From Heteronotia binoei (taxonomy: Eukaryota): 64,000 nucleotides of DNA. Made by a program: the position numbers and the translations under genes. The stretch is taken from contig NC_083237.1 of the NCBI RefSeq assembly GCF_032191835.1, positions 992,001 to 1,056,000 of the forward strand, read 5' to 3'. A model generated the notes under the pieces. That model was not told the DNA's origin, did not search any database, and worked only from the letters and a program-made list of their open reading frames with translations. Shown piece after piece: positions 22,801-34,514 of this stretch; the stretch's first letter is position 1, and each line of letters opens with the position of its first letter.

Positions 22801-25800
22801 CGCAAATACCGGCTAGTAATCTAACTAGGAGCATGAAGACTTAACCAGCAGGGTAACAAGATATCCCATGAATTCAAGAAGTAAGGAAGAGAAGAGGGTA
22901 AACAGAGACAACAGAAAACATTTCCTCAACCTCCCGTGCTCCTCCTCCCAGTGAAGGAAGCCATCATCCCCACGGCCACCACGAAGAGCATTTGCGGGGT
23001 CTTTCAAGTAACAAGGGGAACAACCTCCCACTGCCAAGACGGTCTGTGTTGTCCAAGTGGGTTGATTTATACAGAGATGAGCCAGGGGCTCAAGGGCATT
23101 GTCTGAACAAACAGAATGTGAGCAGCGCGCCAAAAGGAGGTGGGGGCGGCTACAAGCACAGCCAGCTTCAAGAGGAGATTGGATAAAAATATGGAGCAGA
23201 GGTCCATCAGTGGCTATTAGCCACATATATATACACACACACACACATATATTGGCTACTGTGTGAAAGAGTTAGACTGGAGGGGCCACTGGCCTGATCC
23301 AACATGGCTTCTCTTCTGTTCTTATGTGACACAGAGTGTTGGACAGGATGGGCCATTGGCCTGATCCAACATGGCTTCTCTTATGTTCTTCTGTGACACA
23401 GAGTGTTGGACTGGATGGGCCACTGGCCTGATCCAACATGGCTTCTCTTCTGTTCTTATGTGACACAGAGTGTTGGACAGGATGGGCCATTGGCCTGATC
23501 CAACATGGCTTCTCTTATGTTCTTCTGTGACACAGAGTGTTGGACTGGATGGGCCACTGGCCTGATCCAACATGGCTTCTCTTCTGTTCTTATGCGAGAC
23601 AGAGTGTTGGACAGGATGGGCCATTGGCCTGATCCAACAGGGCTTCTCTTATGTTCTTCTGTGACACAGAGTGTTGGACTGGATGGGCCACTGGCCTGAT
23701 CCAACATGGCTTCTCTTCTGTTCTTATGCGAGACAGAGTGTTGGACAGGATGGGCCATTGGCCTGATCCAACAGGGCTTCTCTTATGTTCTTATGTGACA
23801 CAGAGTGTTGGACTGGAGGGGCCACTGGCCTGATCCAACATGGCTTCTCTTATGTTCTTATGTGACACAGAGTGTTGGACTGGAGGGGCCACTGGCCTGA
23901 TCCAACATGGCTTCTCTTCTGTTCTTATGTGAGACAGAGTGTTGGACAGGATGGGCCATTGGCCTGATCCAACATGGCTTCTCTTATGTTCTTATGTGAC
24001 ACAGAGTGTTGGACTGGAGGGGCCACTGGCCTGATCCAACAGGGCTTCTCTTCTGTTCTTATGTGACACAGAGTGTTGGACTGGAGGGGCCTTTGGCCTG
24101 ATCCAACAGGGCTTTTCTTATGTTCTTATGTGACACGGAGTGTTGGACTGGAGGGGCCATTGGCCTGATCCAACATGGCTTCTCTTATGTTCTTATGTGA
24201 CACAGAGTGTTGGGCTGGATGGGCCACTGGCCTGAACCAACAGGGCTTCTCTTCTGTTCTTATGTGACACAGAGTGTAGGACTGGATGGGCCTTTGGCCT
24301 GATCCAACATGGCTTCTCTTATGTTCTTATGTGACACAGAGTGATGGACTGGATGGGCCGCTGGCCTGATCCAACAGGGCTTCTCTTATGTTCTTATGTG
24401 ACACAGAGTGATGGAATGGATGGGCCACTGGCCTCATCCAACATGGCTTCTCTTATGCGACACAGAGTGTTGGACTGAATGGGCCATTGGCCTGATCCAA
24501 CATGGCTTCTCTTATGTTCAAAATATTTGCACCATTCCAACCATACAAAAAGAAGCACAAACTTCTGGGATAAATTTAAACACAACAAAACTCAATCTTT
24601 AAACCTTTTAAACAACCAAATACCTTTGTATTTTCAAACAGTGCAGTTTTAGGCCTGGTTTAAACTATGGCTGGGCTGGGGCCTCTATGGGAGGCGGCTC
24701 ATGAACAGCGTCTCACTTACACGGTGTTGCTCTCCAAGCACATCAGCTGCATCTATGCAAACTTTTGCAGGAGAAAGCTTTTGCCTTGCATTTAAATCAA
24801 GACTTACCTGGATCCACGAGGGTCATTGGGGGTTGCAGGTGGAGGGGAGGCGGAGGGGGGCCATCTCTCTGGGAAACAGGCAACCCCAAACCTCCTGCCT
24901 CGTCGTCCTTCTCCCCCCCCTTCTCCCATAACCCCCTGGGACAGGAAGATGAAGAAAAGGCTGGAGGAGGCTTACCTGGGGCCAAGCCGTTGGTTTGGAA
25001 AGGGTTCGTCGAAGGCAGCGTGGGCTGGGAAATAGCAGATGTCGCAAAAGGGTTGGTGCATGCTGCAAGTGAAAAGAGAGCGGTAGCAGAGGGGGCAAGC
25101 AGGCCAGCTGCCCCTTTGGGGGAAAGATACGGAAGAACTTACCCCCATAGGCAGCGGCTGGGCTGGGCGGAGGCAAAAGCGGTGACTGGCTCAGGGCACC
25201 AAAGACACTGGCAAAAGAAGAGATGGGCTCAGCACAAAGAGCGGCAGCCACTCCCTTGGCTCTCTCCCATCAGGGTGCAGGGGGGTCCTGAGGCCCCTCA
25301 TCCAAACCCCCCCCCCCCCGACTACACCACAGAGGCCGGCCAGCCAGCCTCTGCCATCTGGATAGGCAAAGATCTGAGCTCCTGCAAAAAAGCCCCCATG
25401 GGACAGCTGACTCTGAGGGACTCGGACAAGACCATCCGCCTGCAGCACAGGGGGGCAATCTGCTGAGACAGACCCTTACCGAGAGGAAACACAATACCTG
25501 CTTGGGACTCCGCCCACTCTGAAAGCCCCACCCATTTCTGGAATGCTCACTCCTGGCTGGCTGGCTGGCGAAGCGGGGAATCCGCCCATGTGGGTGCCAC
25601 CTGGAACAGGGAGGAAGAGCACGATGAAGCGGGATGCCTGGAAGGCTAGGTCGCTTCTGGACCAAAAGGGATGGAGGAAGGGGAATGTCCGCCACCGCCC
25701 TGTACTGAGAACAAAGCAATCCTGACCTAGAAGGCAAGAAGTCCAAGGACTCAGTCTTCATGGGTTCCCCACACACAATCTCCAAGCCTGCCTCTCCCCC

Positions 25801-28800
25801 GCCCCCGCCATTAAGGAATCCTGGTTTTTCCCACCCCAGAGGGCCAGTCCCCTGTCCAAAGGCGCCCAAGCTGCCCACCACCTGCAAGCAGCCGAAGCAT
25901 TACCTGCTGCGATTGGCTGGCTCTGGAAAGGGCTCGGACTGGAGGGCAACGGGTCCCCAAAGGCAGACACTGCGGGATTTCCCCCAAAGGCATCAAAACT
26001 GGTGAAAGTGGCGTGGGCTGGCACCTGACCTGGGAGAGCAACAGGGGAAGGCAGAGCTGCGACATCTGAAGCTGCCTTCTACTGAGTCAGACCCCCCTCA
26101 GTCCATCAAAGTCAGTCCTGTCTACTCAGACTGGCAGCAGCTCTCCGGGGTCTCAAGCTGAGGATTTTCACGCCTACTTGCCTGGACCCTTTTGAGTTGG
26201 AGATGCTGGGGATTGAACCTGGGACCTTCTGCTTCCCAAGCAGATGCTCTACCACTGAGGTGGCACAAGACCCCATCTCCCCTCCAGCTGTGGAAGGTCT
26301 CTCTAGCTGAGAACAACATTCTCCCAGGAATGCCGCTTAGGGAAGAATGCGATTGCCACACAAGACCTCACTTCTTCAGCCTGAGTTCGCACGCACACAC
26401 TCTCCCACACGGCAGGATTTCACTCACCACCAAAGGCAGGGAAGGCGGTAAAGGCCGGTCCAGACTGAGGGGCAGCAAAGGGGTCGCCCCCAATGTCGGC
26501 CAGAAGGTCCATGCTGGCTTTCTTGGCTGGCTGAGGGCCTTGCAGCTGGGACTTGTCCACAGACTGGAAGACAAAAGCTCATCAACCCGAAGGCCACAAA
26601 TCCCCTCCCCACCAGTTAGCCTTCTTCCCCTCCCCACCCACACTGGGGGACAGACCCTGGCAGGCGTCCGGGCCGCCGCCTAAAAGGAAACTGCCTTAAG
26701 AGCACGTTCAGATCAGCAAACAGGCAGCCCCAGCACAGAAGTAAGGATCCCAATGAAGGGATGGCCATGCGTGGTTTTTGTGCCAGCTGAGAGAACAGCG
26801 AGGCCAAAGTTCACCATCTCCTGCCCCTCTCGGAAGAGGCCAGCTGCTCTCTTGCCAGGGACCTGGAGCTCATCTCCACATCCACACCAGGGGTGTGGCA
26901 AGCTGCTGCAAGTGACTTGGCCTCCTCTCTGGACCTGCACCCGGGGAGCCTTCATTATCAGGCGAGGGGGGAGGAGCACTGGCAAGCACAGCAAGAGGCC
27001 ATAAGAGCAGAAGCGGGATGAAGCCACGTTACTAAAAAGTTACTCATGGGATGCTTCTGTTTCTTTCTGGTGGTTCCAAACTTCTACTCTCCTAAGGCGT
27101 TAGTCCCTGAATGTCCTGTATTGTTGATTGTGCTGACTCACTCTGTGGAATCTGCCTTCAGTCCACGTGAGACAGGCAGGCGATCAACCATGTAAATAAA
27201 TAAATATCCCCCATCAGAGAGGCAGCCCCAGGGTGAGGCAGGCAGTGGGCACCATGCAAAGAACTCAGGACTCCGCAACGGGGAGGGGAGGGGAGGGGAT
27301 GACCCCAGTGGGCCAAAAGGCTAACAGGCTCAGGAAGGGGCCTTGAAGGCAATGCATCTCCTGGCCACACGCAACCCCCCCCCCCTTCACTTGTTCACAG
27401 CTGACATAAACTGGACTGGAGGACCGTTGCAGCAGGAAGATCCTACTCATCTCTCCATTCAAGAGTTATGTGCAGCAGTTCCAACCTGGGCAGCCTTCAC
27501 CGCTGTAGCCACTGGCCCCGAGTCCCCCAGCAGTGTCTTGACCTCTGTGGTGGAGCTCTGGGTAGCCAGAGAAGTTAAGCTTTTGCCTTGCTCCGGTGTG
27601 ACATACCTGCAGACAAAGCCAGAAGGGAGGATCAGTCACCCAGCATGGCCTCCCAGAGCCACCTTTCCTCCCCTCTTCCCCGTAAGCCTTGTTCTATTTG
27701 ACTATGCCTTTCGCAAATCCTTGTGAACATTTTGGCACAAGAACAAGTTAGGAAAGAGAAACCAATGACTCCGACATGCAACACTCTGTGCACCAGTTAA
27801 TCTTCCGGGGCAGAAATAAGAGCTCATTGCAGTGAGAGGGGCCTTCCCCAGACCCGCTTCTCCCTTGCCTCACCATCGCTTTTTCTCATATTTCTCCTGC
27901 AGAAACTCCTTCAACTTCTGAGGGTCCTGGGAATCCGGAAGCAGAGAGGTCCGCGAGTCAAAAGAGCCCAGCCAGATCCTTTGGCATGCCTGGCAGGGGC
28001 AGAGATGGAATCAGAGCGGACCACCTCCCTCTAAACCCTTCCCTCTCTCTGGCTCCACTTCCCAGCCAAAGCCCAGGGTCAGACGCCAGCCTCCAACTCA
28101 CCTGGTTCCCACGGGACTGGAGGAACTGCACCTCGCTCTCCGTGAAGGTTGTCATGGAGATAGATTTGACTCGGTGAGGGGGATTCAGGCCACGGCTGGG
28201 GGGGGGGGGGGGATGAGAAAAAGGAACAACTGATAGAGTGCAAAGTCTCAGCAGCCCCAAAAGAAACAAAACCAGAACTCCTGCTTTCTAGTCCAGTTCA
28301 AGCAACCACCTGTTCCAAGGGAGCCTCCTGCAGGAGGGAGGGAGGGAGAGAGGACTGACCCAGAAGGAGCACCCCCAGTCCCCCTCGCAGGCTTCTGCTG
28401 GCTGAGCGATGCCCTCACTTTCTGCTACACAGAACTGCTGACATACAAGTTCTTGGCCTGCAGCTGTAAATTATTCAGAGCCCTTGCATGAAATATTCAG
28501 AAAGCCATTCGTGCAGCTGCAGGCCTCATGTGAATGACCCACTTGGGGGCCCAGGCGGCTTGGGGGGGGGAGTCTCGGTGTGAGTCACACTTGCAGCTCT
28601 TCTTCACGAGGGCGTGCAAGCACCAGAGGGAGGTGCAAGGACCCCCTTGGGTCACAGAGGGGGCACAAGCGGGGTTATCTGCTGAGCACTGTCCAAGCCC
28701 TGCAAAGAGATTCTGGGTGTCATCCACAGCCTACCTGTCTGGCACCCCTACGCAGGCATGATGGAATTTTTGTCAGGAACTCATTTTGTCCCAGGCAAAG

Positions 28801-31435
28801 CAGGGGACAAGCCCATGGGAATACAGCTATATGCTGATGATGCCATGTTGATACCCTTTACTCAAACAGGCCTTATAGATTGAAGTTTGAGTGCAGTGGC
28901 ACATTTAAGACCAACAGCCAAGTTTAATTCTGAGTATAACCTTTTGAAGGTTCCACTGGACTCAAATTTTGTTCAAAGGCTTGTTTGAGTAAACAATATC
29001 ATTATGACATCAGCATACAACCCTTCAACTCTTGGACAGACAGGGGTAACCTCAGAATACAGCCCCTCCCCTATATCCTCATGCCTGAGAGCCAGGGCTC
29101 GTGTTACATTTTGAAGGAAAGCATTTCACTTAACCTGCAGAAAACCAAAAACATCTGCAGGGAGAACACACAGACTGCACCCAGGACTAGAAGCAGAGCT
29201 GTCTGTATTCTAGTCTTTTTGGTAGGTGCTGTAGGCTTGCTCAGTCCCCCGCAATGGGGCTCTGCTCCTAGCTGTTGTTCTCCACCTCCCAGGGCTTGGC
29301 ATGTGTGAGTTCTTCTCTACGTGGCTTTCTGCAGTCAAGATAGGACCGGGGTGTAAATGCAGCAGTTGGGACTGGCCAGAGAACATAAGAAGAGCCCTGC
29401 TGGATCAGAACAATGGTCCATTTAGTCCAGGATCCTGCCTCATGAGTCCCTAGATGACCCTAGATTCTAAGATCCTGTGAATTAAGGGGGAGGTGTCAGT
29501 GAGTTGCCTGCATCGTGCAGGGGGCTGGACTAGATGACCCTGGAAGTCCCTTCCAACTCTAGGATTCTAAGAGCCTGTGAATTAAGGGGGAGGTGTCAGA
29601 GAGTTGCCTGCATCGTGCAGGGGGCTGGACTAGATGACCCTGGAGGTCCCTTCCAACTCTGATTCTAAGAGCCTGTGAATTTAGGGGGAGGTGTCTGTGA
29701 GTTCCCTGCATCGTGCAGGCGGTTGGACTAGATGTCCCTGGAGGTCCCTTCCAACTCTCTGATTCTAAGATCCTGTGAATTTAGGGGGAGGTGTCTGTGA
29801 GTTCCCTGCATCGTGCAGGGAGCTGGACTAGATGACCCTGGAGGTCCCTTCCAACTTTAGGATTCTAAGATCCTGTGAATTTAGGGGGAGGTGTCTGTGA
29901 AGTACCTGCACTGTGCAGGAGGCTGGACTAGATGACCCTAGAGGTCCCTTCCAACTCTAGGATTCTAAGATCCTGTGAATTTAGGGGGAGGTGTCCGTGA
30001 GTTCCCTGCATCATGCAGGGGGCTGGACTAGATGACCCTGGAGGTCCCTTCCAACTCTCTGAATCTAAGATCCTGTGAATTGAAGGGAAGGTGTCTGTGA
30101 GTTCCCTGCATCGTGCAGGGGGCTGGACTAGATGACCCTGGAGGTACCTTCCAACTCTAGGATTCTAAGATCCTGTGAATTTAGGGGGAGGTGTTTGTGA
30201 GTTCCCTGCATCGCACAGGGGGCTGGACTAGATGACCCTGGAGGTACCTTCCAACTCTAGGATTCTAAGATCCTGTGAATTTAGGGGGAGGCATCTGTGG
30301 GTTCCCTGCAATGTGGAGGTTGGACTAGATGACCGTTAGAGCGGTTCCTCAGTGGAACAGGCTTCCTCCTTGGGAGGTGGTGGGCTCTCCTTCCTTGGAG
30401 GTTTTTCAACAGAGGCTAGAGGGCCATCTGACAGCAATGAAGATCCTGTGAATTTAGGGGGAGGTGTTTGTGAGTTTAGAGCGGTTCCTCAGTGGAACAG
30501 GCTTCCTCCTTGGGAGGTGGTGGGCTCTCCTTCCTTGGAGGTTTTTAAGCAGAGGCTAGAAGGCCATCTGACAGCAATGAGGATCCTGTGAATTTAGGGG
30601 GAGGGGTTTGTGAGTTTCCTGCATTGTGCAGGGGGTTGAACTAGATGACCCTGGAGGTCCCTTCCAACTCTAGGATTCTATGATTCTGATAGAGCGGTTC
30701 CTCAGTGGAACAGGCTTCCTCCTTGGGAGGTGGTGGGCTCTCCTTCCTTGGGGGTTTTGAAACAGAGGCTAGATGGCCATCTGACAGCAATGCAGATCCT
30801 GTGAATTTAGGGGGAGGGGTTTGTGAGTTTCCTGCATGGTGCAGGGGGTTGAACTAGATGACCCTGGAGGTCCCTTCCAACTCTAGGATTCTATGATTCT
30901 GATAGAGCGGTTCCTCAGTGGAACAGGCTTCCTCCTTGGGAGGTGGTGGGCTCTCCTTCCTTGGGGGTTTTGAAACAGAGGCTGGATGGCCCTCTGACAG
31001 TGATGAGGATCCTGTGAATTTAGGGGGAGGGGCCTGTGAGTTCCCTGCCGGACTAGAGGCCCCCTCCCGCTCCCTCATTCCAAGGTCCAGGGGCTCCTCC
31101 TGCGCAGGGGTGACCTCGTGCCGCTCCTCCCGCCCGGGATCCCCGGGAGAAGGCCGGGGGGTCACTTCCGGCTCCGACCGCGGCGCCCGTGCACGTGACC
31201 CCCGCAGGCCCCGCCCCCCGCCGGCCCCGCCCACTCACAGCGCCCCCGAGCAGCCGGTGCAGACGAAGCTGCCGATGGTGATGTCGACGTAGGTGACGCC
31301 GCGCTGGCCGCACTCGAAGCACAGGCGGTTGGCGGGCTCGGAGGCGACGAGCTCCCTCACGCGGCGGGCCCACACCTCCGACTCCGAGTCCCGCGGGGAG
31401 CCGGGCTTCCTCGAGCCGGACCCGGCCGCCGCCAT
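19855..31435 (-). CDS. AGFG2: Arf-GAP domain and FG repeat-containing protein 2; exons 31239..31435, 28102..28195, 27874..27989, 27486..27606, 26428..26563, 25904..26029, 25498..25600, 25143..25207, 24976..25062, 22166..22294, 21294..21364, 19855..19926; 438 aa
   Basis: ArfGAP zinc finger CFECGQRGVTYVDITIGSFVCTGCSGALRGLNPPHRVKSISMTTF; DPQKLKEFLQEKYEKKRWY; KKASMDLLADIGGDPFAAP; four NPF motifs ending TNPFL*. All 12 exons are GT-AG and phase-consistent, total 1317 nt. Exons 4 and 7 are the least certain. Confidence 0.92.
20490..20960 (+). mobile_element. L2 LINE ORF2 fragment in the last AGFG2 intron
   Basis: Frameshifted peptides DELAEDWNLRLSEA, TELRRMKLELRRQEQVWRR..NEAARTS and CEAFASFFADKILSL resemble the L2 endonuclease-RT linker. 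Confidence 0.65.
21688..21940 (+). mobile_element. Two tandem family B SINEs (both 3'-truncated)
   Basis: Two tRNA-like heads at ~21690 and ~21838. Confidence 0.8.
23140..24517 (+). repeat. CR1 3' end followed by ~18-19 tandem copies of its terminal 67 nt
   Basis: Unit GTGACACAGAGTGTTGGACWGGATGGGCCAYTGGCCTGATCCAACATGGCTTCTCTTMTGTTCTTMT; preceded by CR1 ASFKRRLDKNMEQR-type sequence and an (AT)/(AC) microsatellite. Confidence 0.9.
26065..26245 (-). mobile_element. Family B SINE
   Basis: Reverse of the head and tail seen in the other family B copies. Confidence 0.8.
29440..31040 (+). repeat. Tandem array of CR1 3' UTR ends: ~9 units of ~100 nt, then 4 longer units (140-220 nt spacing)
   Basis: Repeated ATTCTAAGATCCTGTGAATTTAGGGGGAGG...GGACTAGATGACCCTGGAGGTCCCTTCCAACTCT; longer units start with GAGCGGTTCCTCAGTGGAACAGG at ~30338, 30478, 30701, 30903. 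Confidence 0.9.
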
Positions 31436-31760
31436 CAGCGCCAACCTTCGCCCCTCAGGCGCTCTCCGGCTCTGCGCATGCGCCGGCGGCCGCCCTCCGC
31501 GCATGCTCCGCCGCCTCGCCGCGACCTTCAGCCCACCCGCTCGGCCGCCCCCGCCCCCTCGAGCGACGCAGCCCCTCACGTCTGCACTGCGCATGCCCCG
31601 CGGTGGGCGGTGGCGGGGAGGCGCTCGCTGGGTCACGTGCCTCGCGGCGCGCGCGCAGCATTGGTTCTCTTCTCCCTCCTCCCCCGCCGATTGCGGGCGT
31701 CTCTCGGAGCGCATGCGCCAGTCCTTCCCGCCTTTTTATGTCGCCGTGGCCCTCAAAATG
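31040..31760. promoter_or_regulatory. AGFG2 CpG-island promoter with NRF1-type and ETS sites
   Basis: GCGCATGC cores near 31474, 31499, 31589, 31709; ACTTCCGG at 31164. Confidence 0.7.
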
Positions 31761-31929
31761 TTCACCTCAGAAAACTAGCTATAATTGTGAGGAAGAACAG
31801 GGCAGAGGTTTTAAAAAGTTCATTGTTGGCTTCTAACACGGGTCAGTAAGGGGCAGTGGACGCAGGTCAGGGCTATTGTTTGGCTCCCCTCACAACGGCG
31901 GACACCACCTTGTTAATCTCCCTACAAGA

Positions 31930-33070
31930 ATTCCAAATAATGATTTCCTTTTCACATAGCTGGACTGGCTGTACAGAAATGAATGCTCATCTATAAGACT
32001 GAATAAAGCTTTTCTGTTCTTTGGCTCCATCATCACCAAAAGGGAGGCAGCAACCGAGAAATCAGAAGGTGGCTGAGACTGGGAAAGGCAGCCATGAAGG
32101 AGACGGAAAAGATTCTTAAGCGTAAGGACGTGTCTTTGGAGATCAAGATAATAAATACCACAGCGTGAATGGACGTGACAGTTGGACAGCAAAGAAAGGT
32201 GACAGGAAGAAAGTTGGTTCCTTGGACATGTGAACATAAGAACATAAGAGAAGCCATGTTGGATCAGGCCAATGGCCCATCCAATTCAACCCTCTGTGTC
32301 ACATAAGAACATAAGAGAAGCCCTGTTGGATCAGGCCAAAGGCCCCTCCAGTCCAACCCTCTGTGTCACATAAGAACATAAGAGAAGCCATGTTGGATCA
32401 GGCCAATGGCCCATCCAATTCAACACTCTGCATCACATAAGAACATAAGAGAAGCCATGTTGGATCAGGGCAATGGCCCATCCAGTCCAACACTCTATCA
32501 CAGTGGCCAATATATATATATATATATATATATACACAAACACACACAGCGCCATTGATGGACCTCTGCTCCATATTTTTATCCAATCCCCTCTTAAAGC
32601 TGGCTATGCTTGTAGCCGCCACCACCTTCTGTGGCAGTGAATTCCACATGTTAATCACCCTTTGAGTGAAGAAGTACTTCCTTTTATCCGTTCTAACCCG
32701 ACTGCTCAGCAATTTCATGGAATGCCCACGAGTTCTTGTATTATGAGAAAGGGAGAAAGGGACTTCTTTCTCTACTTTCTCCATCCCATGCATAATCTTG
32801 TAAAGCTCTATCATGTCACCCCACATGTGGTGTTGGAGAGAGTTTTACAGATACCACAGACAGCCAGGAAGACAAATAAATGGGGTTCTAGATCAAACCA
32901 AGCCTGCCCTCTCTCTCCCTAGAGGCTAAAAGAGTTGACTGAGGCTATCATATGTTATGAGAAGACAGGAGTCAGTGGAAAAGGCAGGTCTGCTAGGGAA
33001 AGTTGAGAGGAGGACCCAACATGAGATGGGTGGGCTTGGCAAAGCAAGTCATGGCCCTCCGTCTGCAAGG
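31930..33070 (+). mobile_element. RTE-clade LINE 3' fragment, split by a CR1 insertion
   Basis: Degenerate RTE C-terminal sequence (KVGSLDM/WCWR.VLQIP.TARKTNKWVL) that resumes after 32829. Confidence 0.7.
32233..32822 (-). mobile_element. 5'-truncated CR1 with 4 tandem 67-nt tail units, flanked by ACATGTG direct repeats
   Basis: ORF MIELYKIMHGMEKVEKEVPFSLSHNTRTRGHSMKLLSSRVRTDKRKYFFTQRVINMWNSLP; units at 32234, 32301, 32368, 32435; ACATGTG at 32226 and 32823. Confidence 0.9.
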
Positions 33071-33894
33071 CCTGAGCCAAGGGTGTTCACTATAGGTCAT
33101 TAATTAATTAATTTAGAATTTATATCCCGCCCTTCCCACAAGTGGCTCAGTGAACCTCACCAAGAAACATATTATTTCACAGCAGGAGCATTGGTTAGCA
33201 GCCTGAAATCCTGGTAGGGGCTCTAGCCCTGAAGCCCCCATAAAGTTTACTTTTATGGGCAAAAGACGTGGAGAATACCAACAGTGTTCCCCTGCCAATG
33301 GTCATTGTGCCTCAGGGCTGACTCGACTTTCTTCTGTAAAAATCCCTGCATTAAATAATAATGGCCATAATCATTAATAAAACCCTTTCCCTGAATCAGG
33401 CATCCTCAGTCTTGGCTTACTGATTTGTTCTGGCATTGTTAAAGATTGGCTCCTGGCAGAAGTCCCAATGCCTCTGGCTTAAAAGCGTACATCTTACAAC
33501 TTAAGAGTATTTCATGTAATTAACACCTGTGTAGCGCAGCCAGGTCAACAATTCCCCCGTCTTACAGGTGGGATGGGCAGGTGGTTTGCCATCCAGAGCA
33601 TCTGAATTTGAAGTCCAGTGGGCAGTTACCTTAGCCCAGAAGAGCAAGACAAAATGGACTATCTCATGGTGCTTCAAAGATAAACGAAACAAGTATCTTG
33701 TGGGAAAATCTTTCTTCTGTATATTTGAGCCCCACTTCATCAAATGCTTGCAACATAATTCCCAACAGATATTAGTTGGCATGGACACTGCAGGATAGAA
33801 GAACACAAGAGATCCAGTCTGTAATCAAAGCCAGAGGTGTCCATAATCTCACCAGATTGCCTGCTGTGGCCCTGAAAGGCCTCACAAGTTGAGA

Positions 33895-34110
33895 AGAAGA
33901 GGAGGTTGGATTTATACCATACCCTTCACTCAGAGTCTCAGAGCAGCTTACAATCTCTTTTCCCTTCCACTCCTCACAACAGACACCCTGTGAGGTAGGT
34001 GGAGCTGAAAGATCTCTTTCGAGAACTGCTTTTGAGAGAACCATTCTGAAAGAACTTGTGACTGGCTCAAAGTCACATTATTAGGTGCATGTGCAGGAGT
34101 GGGGAATTTT
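33895..34110 (-). mobile_element. Degenerate family A SINE
   Basis: cacaacagacaccctgtgaggtaggtgg core and ggagtggggaat. Confidence 0.7.
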
Positions 34111-34275
34111 TACTCCCCCCCACAGTATTAGAAGCCAGGGGTAAACAGCATCTGGCCCTGGAGAGTCCATTTGTTCATCATGACTAAAAGCCACTGATGG
34201 GCCTCTCTGGGGATGTGTGTATGTGAGGGGCCAGGTATTTGAAATTCCTGCATTGTGCGACAGGTTGGACTAGAT

Positions 34276-34514
34276 CACAGGTGGCCAAACTTGCTTAAGA
34301 GTTAGAATAAATGTCAGATGTTTGAGAGCCACAAGACATTAACGTCAGATGCTTGAGAGCTGGCAAGAAGGAAGGAAATGGAGGGAGGGAGAGGTGGAAA
34401 GAAAGCAACTTTAAATCTCCAAGCTGACTGTCAGGGTGCTGGGGGCTTTGAAAGTCACACAATGTGTGTGCAAGAGCCACATGTGGCTCTTGAGCCACAG
34501 TTTGGTCACCCCTG
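34276..34514. mobile_element. hAT MITE inserted in a CR1 3' end
   Basis: TIRs cacaggtggccaaac / gtttggtcacccctg; TSD gactagat / gactagac. Confidence 0.8.

Noticed and set aside
23265-24517. Regular repeat arrays as CRISPR-like loci (also 29.4-31.0 kb and 56-57 kb)
   Set aside because: Vertebrate DNA, no unique spacers and no cas genes; units derive from LINE/SINE ends.
25640-25730. Extra AGFG2 exon (VQGGGGHSPSSIPFG)
   Set aside because: In-frame TAG before any good donor; the 12-exon model is complete without it.
33501-33806. Candidate exon/ORF with acceptor and AAG|GTAACT donor on the - strand
   Set aside because: No recognisable protein and no partner exons found.
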